In this document: one piece after another, positions 46,416-57,023 of the stretch
Layout of the letters: every line of letters starts with the position of its first letter
How positions within the stretch are numbered: position 1 is the stretch's first letter
NCBI GenBank assembly: GCA_043800705.1
Contig: JAZDMS010000010.1
Span: 32,001-96,000 of the forward strand
Direction: 5' to 3'
Origin: Candidatus Altiarchaeota archaeon
GTDB lineage: Archaea > Altiarchaeota > Altiarchaeia > IMC4 > SCGC-AAA252-I15
Length of the DNA: 64,000 nt
Notes under the pieces: generated by a model
The model's database searches: none
The model's input: only the letters and a program-made list of their open reading frames with translations
Told to the model about the DNA's origin: nothing
Made by a program: the position numbers and the translations under genes

Positions 46416-46813
46416 TTGTTCCGCCTATGGCGTTGTTTCGGGTTGTATGTCTAGCTTTCCTTGGAGAACAGGAACCATGCTTCGCTGGACAGATTTAGCC
46501 TCTTCTCTTGAAGGTTCCTCGTCCCCTTAGCTAGCTGATACGTCAGTCCCCTGATATTTAAATATAATCCCGATGGTTAATCTAATGGAAAGATAGAGGA
46601 AACCAGGTTGGATAAAGTTGGGGCTTGACCGTAAAAAAGATGAAGAGCTGATTAATAAGATTCTAGGTGAGATGGAAGAAACAGGGGATGTCAAAGCCAT
46701 TGTTGTGTTCGTAACCGGAGAAGTAAAAAATTTCCAGAGCCAAAGACCATAAAGGAGGAAAAAAAAGAAATAATATCACACTTGGGGTAATCAAATCCCC
46801 ATAATTATAGTCG

Positions 46814-47614
46814 TCATGCAGTCTTATCCTCTCCCGGAGTTGGAGCTATGAATCCGTCAACCTTGACTCTTCCGCCGTATTTGTCTGCGAGGTGCTCTAT
46901 CTCACCTCTGAGTTTTTCTACCGAAAAGGTGTCATCCTGCGGGTCGCCGATGGCCACAACCATGTAGGGGTCTTCTTTTGTCAACATTTCTCCAAATCCA
47001 TGGGGCCCCATTGCTATTGAGATGCTGATCTCTATCTCCTGCCTGGCATATTCGTAGTGTTTCTCCAGGTATCTCCTGCTTATGACAAATCCGGGCGGTA
47101 GGCCTCGGGATTTTGCGCAGTCGAATCTGCCGCTGCCATCATAATATGTGATCCTAGCGATATGTCTCCCCTTTGGCCTTAGCATGTTTTTTCCTAAGAT
47201 AAGGCCTTTGTAGTGCACATCCAGGGCTTCAGCCAGCTTTTTTGACCATTCAACACCATATTTGTCTGTTATGTTGCATTCAAGACCTGCGTTTTTTGCG
47301 TATATTCCGCATGCGCCGCAGCCTTGATGGGCTGTTACACCTTCCACTTCAGCGTCACGTAAGACGTCCACTGTTTTGTCTAATCCAAGGAGTATGCCTT
47401 GTCCAGCCAACCTAATCCCTCCAGGAGTTCCCTCGTCTATGCAACGTACAACCCGGTCAGAGCGGATAAATGCCGCAGATAAGTCTCGAAGACTCAGAGA
47501 ATAGGCTGAAAAACCCTCGGCATATATCCTCCTATACATGCCCTGTTGTGGCCTCCAATTCATCCTCTTCACTTCGTGTATGCTGTGGCCACGGGTTCTA
47601 CTTGAGTTATCCAC
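46814..47614 (-). CDS. Hypothetical protein with CxD and HxxC metal-binding motifs
   Basis: RCIDEG and TAHQGCGA; lower GC than flanking genes; start uncertain. Confidence 0.65.
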   Translation of the reverse strand: MDNSSRTRGHSIHEVKRMNWRPQQGMYRRIYAEGFSAYSLSLRDLSAAFIRSDRVVRCIDEGTPGGIRLAGQGILLGLDKTVDVLRDAEVEGVTAHQGCGACGIYAKNAGLECNITDKYGVEWSKKLAEALDVHYKGLILGKNMLRPKGRHIARITYYDGSGRFDCAKSRGLPPGFVISRRYLEKHYEYARQEIEISISIAMGPHGFGEMLTKEDPYMVVAIGDPQDDTFSVEKLRGEIEHLADKYGGRVKVDGFIAPTPGEDKTA

Positions 47615-47709
47615 CCGTTGTCTTATGTTGCTCCCGGTTTATTAACTTTGACTGGGAGGTTTTGTTTCTTCCAATGATTAATTAATAGAAACCCTATGAC
47701 AAGAGTAAG

Positions 47710-49335
47710 ATGAAGATTGGACTTGCGCAGCTGAATCCGACCGTGGGCGATCTAGACGGGAACCTTGCGAAGATGGGGGCCGCACTCGAAAAGTCCTCGG
47801 GCGCGGACCTGGTGGTCTTCCCGGAGCTGTTTCTGACAGGTTATCCGCCGAAGGACCTCCTTCAGAACAAGGGATTTTTCAAAAGGTCGCAGAAGGCGGT
47901 GCGGGAGGCGCTCAGGCTTACGGCAAAGACAGAGAAGCACATCCTCTTCGGCGCTCCTGTCAGTGTGGACGGATCCCTCTACAACGGCGCCATACTGGCG
48001 GGGAAGGGGCGGCTCGTCTTCGTCCAGCACAAGTCACTCCTGCCGACGTACGATGTCTTCGACGAGGGGCGGTATTTCAGCTCCGCTAAGAAGATATCGA
48101 CCGTCCGGCTCGGCGGCGAAATCCTGGGGATCTCCATATGCGAGGACGCATGGAACGCCCCGCCGGTTTCGAAGGCGCGCAGATACCCGGTCGATCCGAT
48201 AACCGTCCTTGCCTTAGCAGGCGCGACACTTCTAATAAACCTCTCGGCGTCGCCGTTCCAGCTAGGCAAGGAGGAGATTAGGGTGAAGACATTGGGAGCC
48301 CACGCGAGGAGGCACGGGATCCCGTTCGTCTACGTCAACCAGGTGGGCGCGAACGACGAGCTCGTCTTCGACGGCAGGAGCATGGCATTCGACCCGAAAG
48401 GTAGGCCGACCTTCGTGTCGCCTCCGTTCGTAGAGTGTGTACGCCTCATAGACACCAGTGCCGCGGGCAGGCCGTCCATACACGTCCCGCAGGATAGGAT
48501 CACGAGCCTGCGCCAGGCCCTCGTCCTCGGGATCAGGGACTACATGAGCAAATGCGGATTTAGGCAGGCGGTCCTCGGCCTCTCCGGCGGAGTGGATTCC
48601 GCGGTGTCTGCGGTTTTGGCGGCTGAGGCTGCGGGTGCCGGGAACGTCCTCGGCGTCGCGATGCCTGGTCCCTACTCCTCGAAGGGCAGCCTCACTGACG
48701 CGCAGAATCTTGCCGAGAACCTCGGGATCCATTTCATGGTCGTGCCGATAGGCGGAGCATTCGATGCCTATCTGGAATCGCTCGCCCCGGCGTTCGAAGG
48801 CCTGCATTCGGACCACGCGGAGGAAAACATCCAGGCGAGGATCCGGGGCAACATACTCATGGCGTTATCCAACAAGTTCGGCCACCTCGTCCTGTCCACC
48901 GGCAACAAGAGCGAACTGTCCGTCGGCTACTGCACCCTCTACGGCGACATGAGCGGGGGCCTCGCCGCGATCAGTGACGTCCCGAAGACGCTGATTTACG
49001 AGCTGGCGAGGAACATCAACCGCGGCAGGACGATCATACCAGCGTCGTCGATCACGAAGCCGCCTTCCGCGGAGCTTCGGTCGAACCAGACGGACCAGGA
49101 CAGCCTCCCCCCATATGAGGTGCTCGACCGGATATTGTCCCATTATATCGACGAAGGCCTCGGAAGGGACGAAATCGTGCGAAAGAGGCTATCTGCGAAG
49201 ACCGTCGATTGGGTGCTGAAGACCGTCAACGCGAACGAGTACAAGCGCAGGCAGGCGGCGCCGGGGATAAAGGTGACGTCGAAGGCGTTCGGCTCAGGCA
49301 GGAGGATGCCGATAGCTGCGAGATATTCGCTTTAG
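47710..49335 (+). CDS. nadE: Glutamine-dependent NAD+ synthetase
   Basis: Nitrilase domain (FPEL, K..LPTYDVFDE, ICED) plus GLSGGVDS, ENIQARIR, TGNKSE, EYKRRQA. Confidence 0.96.
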   Translation: MKIGLAQLNPTVGDLDGNLAKMGAALEKSSGADLVVFPELFLTGYPPKDLLQNKGFFKRSQKAVREALRLTAKTEKHILFGAPVSVDGSLYNGAILAGKGRLVFVQHKSLLPTYDVFDEGRYFSSAKKISTVRLGGEILGISICEDAWNAPPVSKARRYPVDPITVLALAGATLLINLSASPFQLGKEEIRVKTLGAHARRHGIPFVYVNQVGANDELVFDGRSMAFDPKGRPTFVSPPFVECVRLIDTSAAGRPSIHVPQDRITSLRQALVLGIRDYMSKCGFRQAVLGLSGGVDSAVSAVLAAEAAGAGNVLGVAMPGPYSSKGSLTDAQNLAENLGIHFMVVPIGGAFDAYLESLAPAFEGLHSDHAEENIQARIRGNILMALSNKFGHLVLSTGNKSELSVGYCTLYGDMSGGLAAISDVPKTLIYELARNINRGRTIIPASSITKPPSAELRSNQTDQDSLPPYEVLDRILSHYIDEGLGRDEIVRKRLSAKTVDWVLKTVNANEYKRRQAAPGIKVTSKAFGSGRRMPIAARYSL

Positions 49336-51612
49336 CGTTTCTTCCGTCTTCGGATGAGGATAACTGCGGCTGCGATGAGGATGTTTGCCGATATCGCAGC
49401 GGCCGTGACTATCATCCCAATCACGGTGCCGCCTGCGGCGAGCCACAGCCAGCCTGGCGTATCCTTATTCTTTGCCCATTCAGGGATAGGCGGCTGCGGC
49501 GGTATCTTGCCTGTGACCCTGAAGTCGTGCTCCATGTAGTATCCCCTCTTTGCCGATTGCGGGTATTCCCTGTTGAAGTCCTCGCTCAGGAAGACGAGCG
49601 GGTGTCCGGTCTTCACCCCTTCGCCGCGTATCACCATGGTGGCGTTGTAGCCTGCCGGGGGGACCCTTAGGTATATCATCCCTCCCATGTTGCGGGTCCT
49701 GTAGGCGTGGGTCAGCTGCGGCTTCCCGGGGAATATGACCTCGACCATGTAGAACGGGACGTCGTTGCCGACCTTGACGTACTGCCCTGGGACCTCCAGG
49801 GGCGTGTGCCTCAGCGGCCGCTGGTAGTTGGATGCGGAGCCGATTGCCATGCCTGGGCGGTACTGCGGCGTCTCGGCCGACAGGTCCACGAACTTCTCCC
49901 CCGTCGTCCCGCTCCCCGTTCTTGTTGGCGTCATCGAAGGGCTCGAAGTCGTCGTATTGCCCGTTGCCCCTCATGTCATCGGCGAAGAAGCCGTGCTTGA
50001 CGAACACGTCGTCGATTGCCGTCTTCTGGTCCGGACGCCTCTTGACGATGTCGTTGTATACGTCGGAGAAGTCGCTGTGGTAGGTGCGAAGGACTGGCCA
50101 GACATCCTTTTGGAAGTCGAGCTCGGCCTGGTCGTCGTCGAGCCTGGCGGTATCCATGTCATGCCGCGTGTATTGCGGGATGTCGATGAGGGGCTCTTCG
50201 GGGTACTCCCTCCTCGTGTATTCGTTGGCCTCCTCCATGTCCGTCTTCCACTCCAGGTAGTTCTTCCACATCTGATCAGGGTTCACATCCTCCCTGTACC
50301 CCTTCTCGTTGTCGATGAGGTCCCATAGTATTCCCGCCCCGGCGTACTCCTCCATCTTCCCCTGCTTGTCCCAGGCCTTGTAGTCGGTCTCAAGGTCGGA
50401 TACGGGCCCGTTGCCGTAGATTGCTATGAGCTGCGACAGGCTCAGCTTGGAGTCGTCCCTTCCGGAGGGGACGGTCTGCCCGTACGCCTCCATCATGGCC
50501 ACCGACATGAAGGATGCGAAAGCCTCCACGTAGGCGTCGGAGGTGCTTGGGTTCATGAATCCGCCGTGGTTCCTCTCCTTCACGTCAGTCTGCCCCTCCG
50601 GGTAGGGCCACTTGCCATAGAGGGCCTGCATCACGTAGTGGCTGAATTCGTGATAAATCTCCATCTGCCTGTCGGGGCTTCCCTGGACGGAGTCCCTGGT
50701 CTGAATGTAAATGTTGCTTTCGCCGTTGTCGCCGTTGTACTGCGCCCTCGGAGCGTTCGGGTCGTCCGGCATGAAGCTGTGGACGTGCAAGGGCAGCTGA
50801 AAGTCCAAGTCCTCCTTGAGGCCGTCGATGTAGAACTCCAGCGCCTCCGTCATGTGCATGTACACGGCGGCCTGCGCCTCGCCGCCGTCGGAGTCCTCAG
50901 CCAGGAGCTTCTCCATGGCCATGTCCCCGTCCGTCCCACCGAGCTTGAACTTGTGGTTCAATGTCGCAGGTTCGGTGTCGTCCTGGTTGTGGACCTGGAA
51001 GTAGGTCCTGCCGTTTCGGACGTATTCGAAGCGGACCTCGCAGTCGTAGTCCTCCCCCGCCTTGCCGCCAACGGCCTCGAACTCGAAGACGCCGTTCTCG
51101 TCGGTCGTGACCTCGACCCTCCCGTCGCCGCAGTACATCCTTACGTACTTCAGCGGCTTGCCGAACGCGGTCATCCTCCCCTTGACCTTGGCGGTATTGT
51201 TGGCCTCGGCTTTGATGGTGGTCGTCGTCTTCTGCCCCTTTATCGTCGTCGGCGGCAGCGGGACCGAGGCCGTCTGCGCATCCTTCTCCCCTGGGCACTT
51301 GTCCTTCGGGTTTATGCACAGGTAGAGGCAACCGGGGCAGCTTTTGTCTTCGTGAGGCCGCCGGCATTCCTTCTCGAAGCCTTTGTCTCCGGAGCAGCCG
51401 GCGTCGCCGCATGCGCTGCAGACGCAGTATCCGACGTAGCTGTAGAATCCGTGTGGGACGTCCCTGCATTTGTCCTGGACGCAGCCTACGCCGGACATCC
51501 GGTCGAACCTGTAGCCTGCGGGGCAGTCAGTGATGGCTGCCAAGGCGGTGCCGCATGATAGGAGCAGGAAGGCGAATGCCAAAGTCCAAGTGCTGACAGA
51601 CAAATCAACCAC
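49332..51612 (-). pseudogene. Secreted, C-terminally anchored zinc-metallopeptidase-like protein split by a 1-nt frameshift
   Basis: Signal peptide, Cys-rich domain, HEFSH..E; removing one C from the C5 run at 49898-49902 joins the 710-aa and 200-aa ORFs (..ERDDGEKFVDL..), ending in TM plus RRRKKR. Confidence 0.7.
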
Positions 51613-51659
51613 CCGTTGAATATGTTCGATTAAAACCTTAAAAGGCGCGGGGGAAGGCG

Positions 51660-52265
51660 CTATCTCTTCGCCTGCTTGACGAAGTTCTCGAGTATCCTCA
51701 GGCCCTGGGGTCCGCTCTTTTCGGGGTGGAACTGGGTCGCGAACACGTTCCTGTCCGCCACTACGGATGGAAAGGCCGTTCCATAGCCCGTTTCCGCAGC
51801 AATAACCCCCCTCTCTTTAGGCACTACGTGGTAGCTGTGTACGAAGTAGAAGTATTCGCCGTCCTTGGTGCCTTCGAGTATGGGGCAGTCCCCCACCTTC
51901 GTTATCGTGTTCCATCCCATGTGCGGGACCTTGAGCCCTTTCGCATGGAACCTCTTGCACGTCCCCTCGAAGAGGCCGAGGCCCTCGACTGCGGGGCTTT
52001 CGTCGCTGGATTCGAATATGACCTGCTCCCCGAGGCACATCCCGATGAACGGAGTACCCGCTTCGACGGCCTCCAGGATTGCAGGCTTGAACGTGATAAG
52101 CTTCTCCATGGCGTCTCCGAAGGAGCCGACACCCGGCAGGACGATGGCATCCGCAGTCTTCAGTCTTCCGGGGTCTTCCGTCAACTCGACCTTTGCCCCT
52201 ACCTTCCTGAAGCCGTTGACGATGCTCCTGAGATTCCCCGCCCCGTAGTCGATGCAGACGATCAC
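51660..52265 (-). CDS. hisH: Imidazole glycerol phosphate synthase subunit HisH
   Basis: DYGAGN, LPGVG, GMCLG, PHMGWN, YFVHSY, QFHPEKS. Confidence 0.96.
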   Translation of the reverse strand: MIVCIDYGAGNLRSIVNGFRKVGAKVELTEDPGRLKTADAIVLPGVGSFGDAMEKLITFKPAILEAVEAGTPFIGMCLGEQVIFESSDESPAVEGLGLFEGTCKRFHAKGLKVPHMGWNTITKVGDCPILEGTKDGEYFYFVHSYHVVPKERGVIAAETGYGTAFPSVVADRNVFATQFHPEKSGPQGLRILENFVKQAKR

Positions 52266-52297
52266 TGTATATATTCAGTGCCTGCCGGATATTATAT

Positions 52298-53269
52298 ATG
52301 AGCGTACCGCCGCAGCCGCTGCCGCCAGGTGAGGGAAGCGGCCAAAGCAGGGAAGTCCCAGCCTGGGAATATCCGGGCCTTGGAAGGGTGCTGGTGCACT
52401 TCATCAAACGTACAGGCTCTGTCGAAGTCGGGGGAAAGACGCAGGCTCTTGACAACGGCTACGTCGAGGTTAAGGGTCAGAGGTACATCGTCCTGGGAGG
52501 GATCGATGCGCCCGAGGTTGGGATCGAACTTCCTCTAGGGATCAACGCGGTATTCGACAAGTCCTGCGCTGCGATGGGGGATGTCGCGGCCGCTGGGAAG
52601 GTGGCGTTCACTGGGCCTGTGCATGTCAAGTCCGTCTCGGCCTCAAGCATCCAGTTCGCAGGCGATTTAGACTCGTTTGGCGTCGTCTTTGCCAGGGAGG
52701 GGAGCCTGGAGGGGCGCGGCGACGTCAATGCCGGGGACGTGAAGGCAAGGGACAATATCTCCGTCTACGGAGACATCCGGGGACAGCTTGTCATGGCTTT
52801 GAACGGATTCCTGCAGGCGAATTCCATCAAAGGTGAGGCGATACTGGGGAGGCTTGGAATCAATGCCCTCACCGGCGGCATGGGGTACGGCAGTGACAAA
52901 CCCACTGCCGAAAGGCCCAGCTGTATGATCTGGTGCAACGAAGGCAGGATATATTCCGCAAAGGACATCACGACGGGAAAAATATGCGCAGGCCAGGATA
53001 TCCAGACCTCGGATGGGGACCTTACCCTCGTGGGCGACGCGTTCTGTCTGGGGGCGAAGATCAACGGGCGGGTCCTCGACAGCGCAGGGAAACCCGCGGC
53101 CGACAACGTATACTCAAGGTACGCGTGGGAGTGCTGGGGCCTGGGCGATCGCAAATCGAGGATACCTCCGAAGGAGATACCCGAGGAAGAGCTCGTGAGG
53201 AAACTCGAGCATTCGCCGTTCGCCATCGACAGATGGGAAAAATACTTCACCAAATATGAGACCGACTAG
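52298..53269 (+). CDS. Hypothetical protein with Gly-rich beta-helix-like repeats
   Basis: Repeated GDV.A..I...G pattern. Confidence 0.6.
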   Translation: MSVPPQPLPPGEGSGQSREVPAWEYPGLGRVLVHFIKRTGSVEVGGKTQALDNGYVEVKGQRYIVLGGIDAPEVGIELPLGINAVFDKSCAAMGDVAAAGKVAFTGPVHVKSVSASSIQFAGDLDSFGVVFAREGSLEGRGDVNAGDVKARDNISVYGDIRGQLVMALNGFLQANSIKGEAILGRLGINALTGGMGYGSDKPTAERPSCMIWCNEGRIYSAKDITTGKICAGQDIQTSDGDLTLVGDAFCLGAKINGRVLDSAGKPAADNVYSRYAWECWGLGDRKSRIPPKEIPEEELVRKLEHSPFAIDRWEKYFTKYETD

Positions 53270-53395
53270 TCCATTCCCTGGCCACTAGCCGGGCATTGGC
53301 TCTTCCAGTTTTCTGCATCGGCTCGGGGTATCCGACATCGGGGGCCTTACGTTCACCAGAGGCTCGAATAGGAAAACATCATATTAGCCGGAATA

Positions 53396-54121
53396 TCAGC
53401 CTTTGACTGCCGACACGATCTCCTCCAGCCTCTTCGGGTCCCTCTCCGCAATCGTTCCAGTCACTATGACGTCCGCTCCGGCATCTATCGCTGCCTTCGC
53501 GGCCAGTGGGTCCCTAATCCCTCCCCCCACTATCAAGGGAATGCTAAGCGCGGCCTTGACTGCCTTCACCATCTCGGCCGGCACCGGCTTGTCGGCGCCT
53601 GATCCGGCCTCGAGGTAGATACATTCCATCCCGTAGTATTCGGCGGTGAGCGCGTAGGCGACCGCCTTGTCGACCTCCTCTTCGCCTATCCTGTCGACTT
53701 CGCCGACCTTTTCGACCGTCGTCGGCTTCGCGCTCGTCGATATCACGACGTAGCCCATGGGGATGAGCTTGAGCCCGAGCTTCTTGATGAACGGGGCGGC
53801 CTTCACCTGTTCGCCGACGAGGAACCTCCTGTTGGTGCTGTTCATCAGCATCATCCAGTAGAGGTAGTCTGCGTGGCGGCTGACTCCGGCCGCGGTCCCG
53901 GGGAACAGTATCGTCGGCAGTTTGCATGCTGCCTTGATCGCTGCCGTCACGGCGTCCGTGACCTCGTGTCCCGCGGTGGAGCCGCCTATCATTATCGCAT
54001 CGGAGCCGAATCCTTCAGCCTGTGCCGCCAGCTTTCCCGCAGCCTCAGGAGGCTGTTTGTCGGGGTCTATGAGCGTGAAGTGGAGCTTCCCTCCTGAAAG
54101 CCATGATCTCAGAGTCCTCAT
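53396..54121 (-). CDS. Geranylgeranylglyceryl phosphate synthase
   Basis: FTLIDPDK, IMIGGST, ILFPG, YLEAGSGA, VGGGIR. Confidence 0.93.
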   Translation of the reverse strand: MRTLRSWLSGGKLHFTLIDPDKQPPEAAGKLAAQAEGFGSDAIMIGGSTAGHEVTDAVTAAIKAACKLPTILFPGTAAGVSRHADYLYWMMLMNSTNRRFLVGEQVKAAPFIKKLGLKLIPMGYVVISTSAKPTTVEKVGEVDRIGEEEVDKAVAYALTAEYYGMECIYLEAGSGADKPVPAEMVKAVKAALSIPLIVGGGIRDPLAAKAAIDAGADVIVTGTIAERDPKRLEEIVSAVKG

Positions 54122-54207
54122 ATGTTGAGAAAATAGGTATCTTGGGAAATATATATCTATCCTATCCGCCCACACGGTATAAAAAGGAAACAATACCATA
54201 TCTGTAT

Positions 54208-55164
54208 ATGTCCTCGCAGGGGCCTTTGCAGGTGCCTCCCGGTGATGTCCCATCCCCGGATGTCTCGCCACATGAGCTCCATGAGGCGAAGATGTATGCC
54301 GTCATCAGGGCGCTAGTTCCGCCGGGTCCTCAGGCGCAGGCATATACGGACTATGCGACTGCCAGCTTCACACCTGCCGGGCTTTCCGGCTATCTTGCCA
54401 AGGCTCCCCGGACGGGTGAAAAACCAAAGTTTGTCTTTCTCGATTTTTCATCGCCTGGATATAAGACCGACGAGGTGACGAGCCAGCATAGGCCTGCTCC
54501 TTTTACGCTGGTGCCTATAGCGCTCGCGAACGAGCCCGACGGCAAGGGAACGAATGACCCCCCAGACATCAGGGTAATCATCCAAATACCTGCCGGCATG
54601 GTCGGCCAGGCTCAAAAGGCCTTGGAGGGCAAGGTCTTCGATAAATGGCATGGGTTGGGGCTGCCGGCCACAGGACAGAGCTTGAACTACAACTCGGCAC
54701 CCACGCAGGTGCAGGCATTGGCGGAGCTGAAGGAGAGGGGGGTTCTTTGCGACAAGATGTCTGTCAGAAATCCAAACCCCCAGTGGCCCCCTGAGTACAT
54801 GCGTCAGCTGGCGGAGGCGATGCTCGAGCGGTTGAACGTCGATAAGACCATCCACCCGATAGGGGCCAGCGTCCTCATCGGCCATGAACCCAAGTTCGGA
54901 CTATATCAGCCGCATGAGCAGTTCATCGACGTCTTCAAGAGGACTGCGGCAGAGCAGGGATTCGAAGTGTTCCAGTCCTCGACGCACAACGTCGCAGGCG
55001 AGGGCCGCCCCGCCGAGCTCATGTACCTGCGGCGAAGGGGGAAGCCCCCGGAAAAACAGGCAGAGGAACCAAGAATGGAGAAGCCGCACATTTATGGCGC
55101 CGTAAAGCCGTATTTTGGCGGGAGAACATTAGATGACCTCCTCGGCAAAAAATCAGAGTTTTAG
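54208..55164 (+). CDS. Hypothetical protein
   Basis: About 318-aa ORF filling the gap between GGGPS and egsA on the opposite strand; start inferred. Confidence 0.6.
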   Translation: MSSQGPLQVPPGDVPSPDVSPHELHEAKMYAVIRALVPPGPQAQAYTDYATASFTPAGLSGYLAKAPRTGEKPKFVFLDFSSPGYKTDEVTSQHRPAPFTLVPIALANEPDGKGTNDPPDIRVIIQIPAGMVGQAQKALEGKVFDKWHGLGLPATGQSLNYNSAPTQVQALAELKERGVLCDKMSVRNPNPQWPPEYMRQLAEAMLERLNVDKTIHPIGASVLIGHEPKFGLYQPHEQFIDVFKRTAAEQGFEVFQSSTHNVAGEGRPAELMYLRRRGKPPEKQAEEPRMEKPHIYGAVKPYFGGRTLDDLLGKKSEF

Positions 55165-55166
55165 GC

Positions 55167-56174
55167 TCAAATCACTCCCGTCTCCTTCGCCACCCTCTCA
55201 GCCTCCTTCGCGCCGAGGCCCTTCCTGAGTATGGTGTACCTTTCCCTGACGCTGTGTGCCGTTGTGAGGGCCTGGATTATCTTCTCTTCCGGTATCTTCA
55301 TCTCGGCTGCGGTCGTCGGTGCCTCGCATTTTTTCAGCGCCGCCTTGACCTTTTGCCAGTCGGCTCCGTGCAGGTGCGCCATCATTATCGTACCTACCCC
55401 GCATTGTTCGCCGTGTAGCGCCGGCCTTTCGCATATGAGGTCGAGGGTGTGGCTGAAGAGGTGTTCGGAGCCGCTGCACGGGCGGCTCGATCCCGCGATT
55501 CCGATGGCGACTCCGCTGGAGATGAGGGCTTCGACGAGTATGCTTATGTTCTTGTAAACCTGGGCGTTCTTCTCCATGATTATCTCGGCGCTCATCATGG
55601 AGAGGGCGCTGGCGTAGTCTCCAAAGTATTCCTTCCTCTCCTCATGGGCCAGCTGCCAGTCGAGGACGGCGGTGTAGTTGGATATTGCGTCAGCGCATCC
55701 TGCGGCAAGGAGCCTCCTCGGGGCCTTTGCGATTATCTTCGTATCCGCGATGACCGCCATCGGGCAGTGGACCTGGACCGTGACCGGCTTGTCGGCCTTC
55801 AGCGAGGCCTGCGGCGACGCGATCCCGTCGTGGGAGGCCGCGGTGGGCATGCTGATGTATGGCACCTTGTTCTCGAACGCGATGACCTTGCCGCTATCGA
55901 TGACCCTGCCGCCTCCGACCCCGACGACGTATGCGACGTCGTCGTCCCTGATCGCGTTGTGTATGTGCCGAAGCTCCGACGCGCAGAAGTCGTTGATGAC
56001 GGTGGCCTTGGCGCCGAGTTCCTCGGCGACGGCGTCGCCGGCTATGTCCCTGGTCGTCGTGTCGCACAGGATGAGCGGCCTGCCTTTGAGGCCGAGTTCG
56101 GCGACGACTTCGTCTATCTCGTAGATGGCGTCCTCTCCGACCAGGACCTTCCTAGGCAACTCGATGTTTTTCAT
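55167..56174 (-). CDS. egsA: sn-glycerol-1-phosphate dehydrogenase
   Basis: GGGRVID, PTAASHDG, SGSEHLFSH, LHGEQCG. Confidence 0.95.
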   Translation of the reverse strand: MKNIELPRKVLVGEDAIYEIDEVVAELGLKGRPLILCDTTTRDIAGDAVAEELGAKATVINDFCASELRHIHNAIRDDDVAYVVGVGGGRVIDSGKVIAFENKVPYISMPTAASHDGIASPQASLKADKPVTVQVHCPMAVIADTKIIAKAPRRLLAAGCADAISNYTAVLDWQLAHEERKEYFGDYASALSMMSAEIIMEKNAQVYKNISILVEALISSGVAIGIAGSSRPCSGSEHLFSHTLDLICERPALHGEQCGVGTIMMAHLHGADWQKVKAALKKCEAPTTAAEMKIPEEKIIQALTTAHSVRERYTILRKGLGAKEAERVAKETGVI

Positions 56175-56210
56175 TTGTTAAATGTAAAAATCCGTCGTGT
56201 AGGCGGTGTT

Positions 56211-56510
56211 TCACACGCAGTACAGCTGCGCATGCTTCGTCCCGCAGACTTCGACGACTCCGGACTCTTCGATGAGGCCCTGCTCCAGCGCGAATCGGAC
56301 GACTTCGTCGCCGATCAGGTTGGCTGCGGTGGCCTCCTTCATCAGGCTCTTGAGGTCATCGGAGCCGACTTTCTGCCCGCCATAGAACGATTCCTCTATG
56401 TGTATCTCCAGTTCCCCGGATTTCAGCCTTTTGCCGAGGATTTCCGCGTCGCAGCATGCGATGAGGACCTCGCCCCCCCTCTTGTGGACTTTGGCGTAGA
56501 ACATCTTCAC
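56211..56510 (-). CDS. DUF424 family protein
   Basis: IACCDAEILGK, FYGG, ANLIG, KHAQ; follows aIF-2beta. Confidence 0.85.
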   Translation of the reverse strand: MKMFYAKVHKRGGEVLIACCDAEILGKRLKSGELEIHIEESFYGGQKVGSDDLKSLMKEATAANLIGDEVVRFALEQGLIEESGVVEVCGTKHAQLYCV

Positions 56511-56929
56511 TTTATCCTGCGCATCGGCCACCAGGCGCCGCAGGCCTCGCATTTCACTATCTTCTGGCTTTCCAGTTCGCTGATCTTGGTGTCGGGCCTG
56601 CCGCATTCGTGGCAGACCACGAATTCCTGGGCGTATGCCTTGATTTTGTCGTCTACTATCTGCTTCCTGAGCTTCCTCTGTATCATCACCCTGCTGCCGT
56701 CCTGTGAAGCGGGGGCTGCGAGCTCTTTGGACAGGAACTTCATGATGTGCTCGACTGGGCGGTTGAAGGCCTGCGCGATGTCGTTGAAGTTCCTTATGAT
56801 CGTCACGTTCCCCTCGTTGAATGCGTCGGCCTGGGGCATCTCGAACCGGTCGTGCTTCTTCAGCTTCTCCGGCAGCCCGCTCCAGACGCGTTCCAGGAGC
56901 TTGTCGTAGTCGTATAGTCCGTAATCCAT
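56507..56929 (-). CDS. eif2b: Translation initiation factor aIF-2 subunit beta
   Basis: YDKLLER, RFEMP, GNVT..NF, CHECGRPDT, CEACGA. Confidence 0.95.
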   Translation of the reverse strand: MDYGLYDYDKLLERVWSGLPEKLKKHDRFEMPQADAFNEGNVTIIRNFNDIAQAFNRPVEHIMKFLSKELAAPASQDGSRVMIQRKLRKQIVDDKIKAYAQEFVVCHECGRPDTKISELESQKIVKCEACGAWWPMRRIK

Positions 56930-57023
56930 AATAGGAAATACATTAGCGCACATGTCAATAAAAGGCGGCGTTCGGCATATATAATGTTCCATTACTTATT
57001 CATCCTACATTCGGGCGTTTTTC

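Noticed and set aside
46416-46813. Short reading frame in the AT-rich gap (~46618-46752)
   Set aside because: About 45 codons, preceded by an in-frame stop, no convincing start or motif
38442-47700. Integron integrase gene next to the array
   Set aside because: No ORF in the window shows tyrosine recombinase R..HxxR..Y motifs
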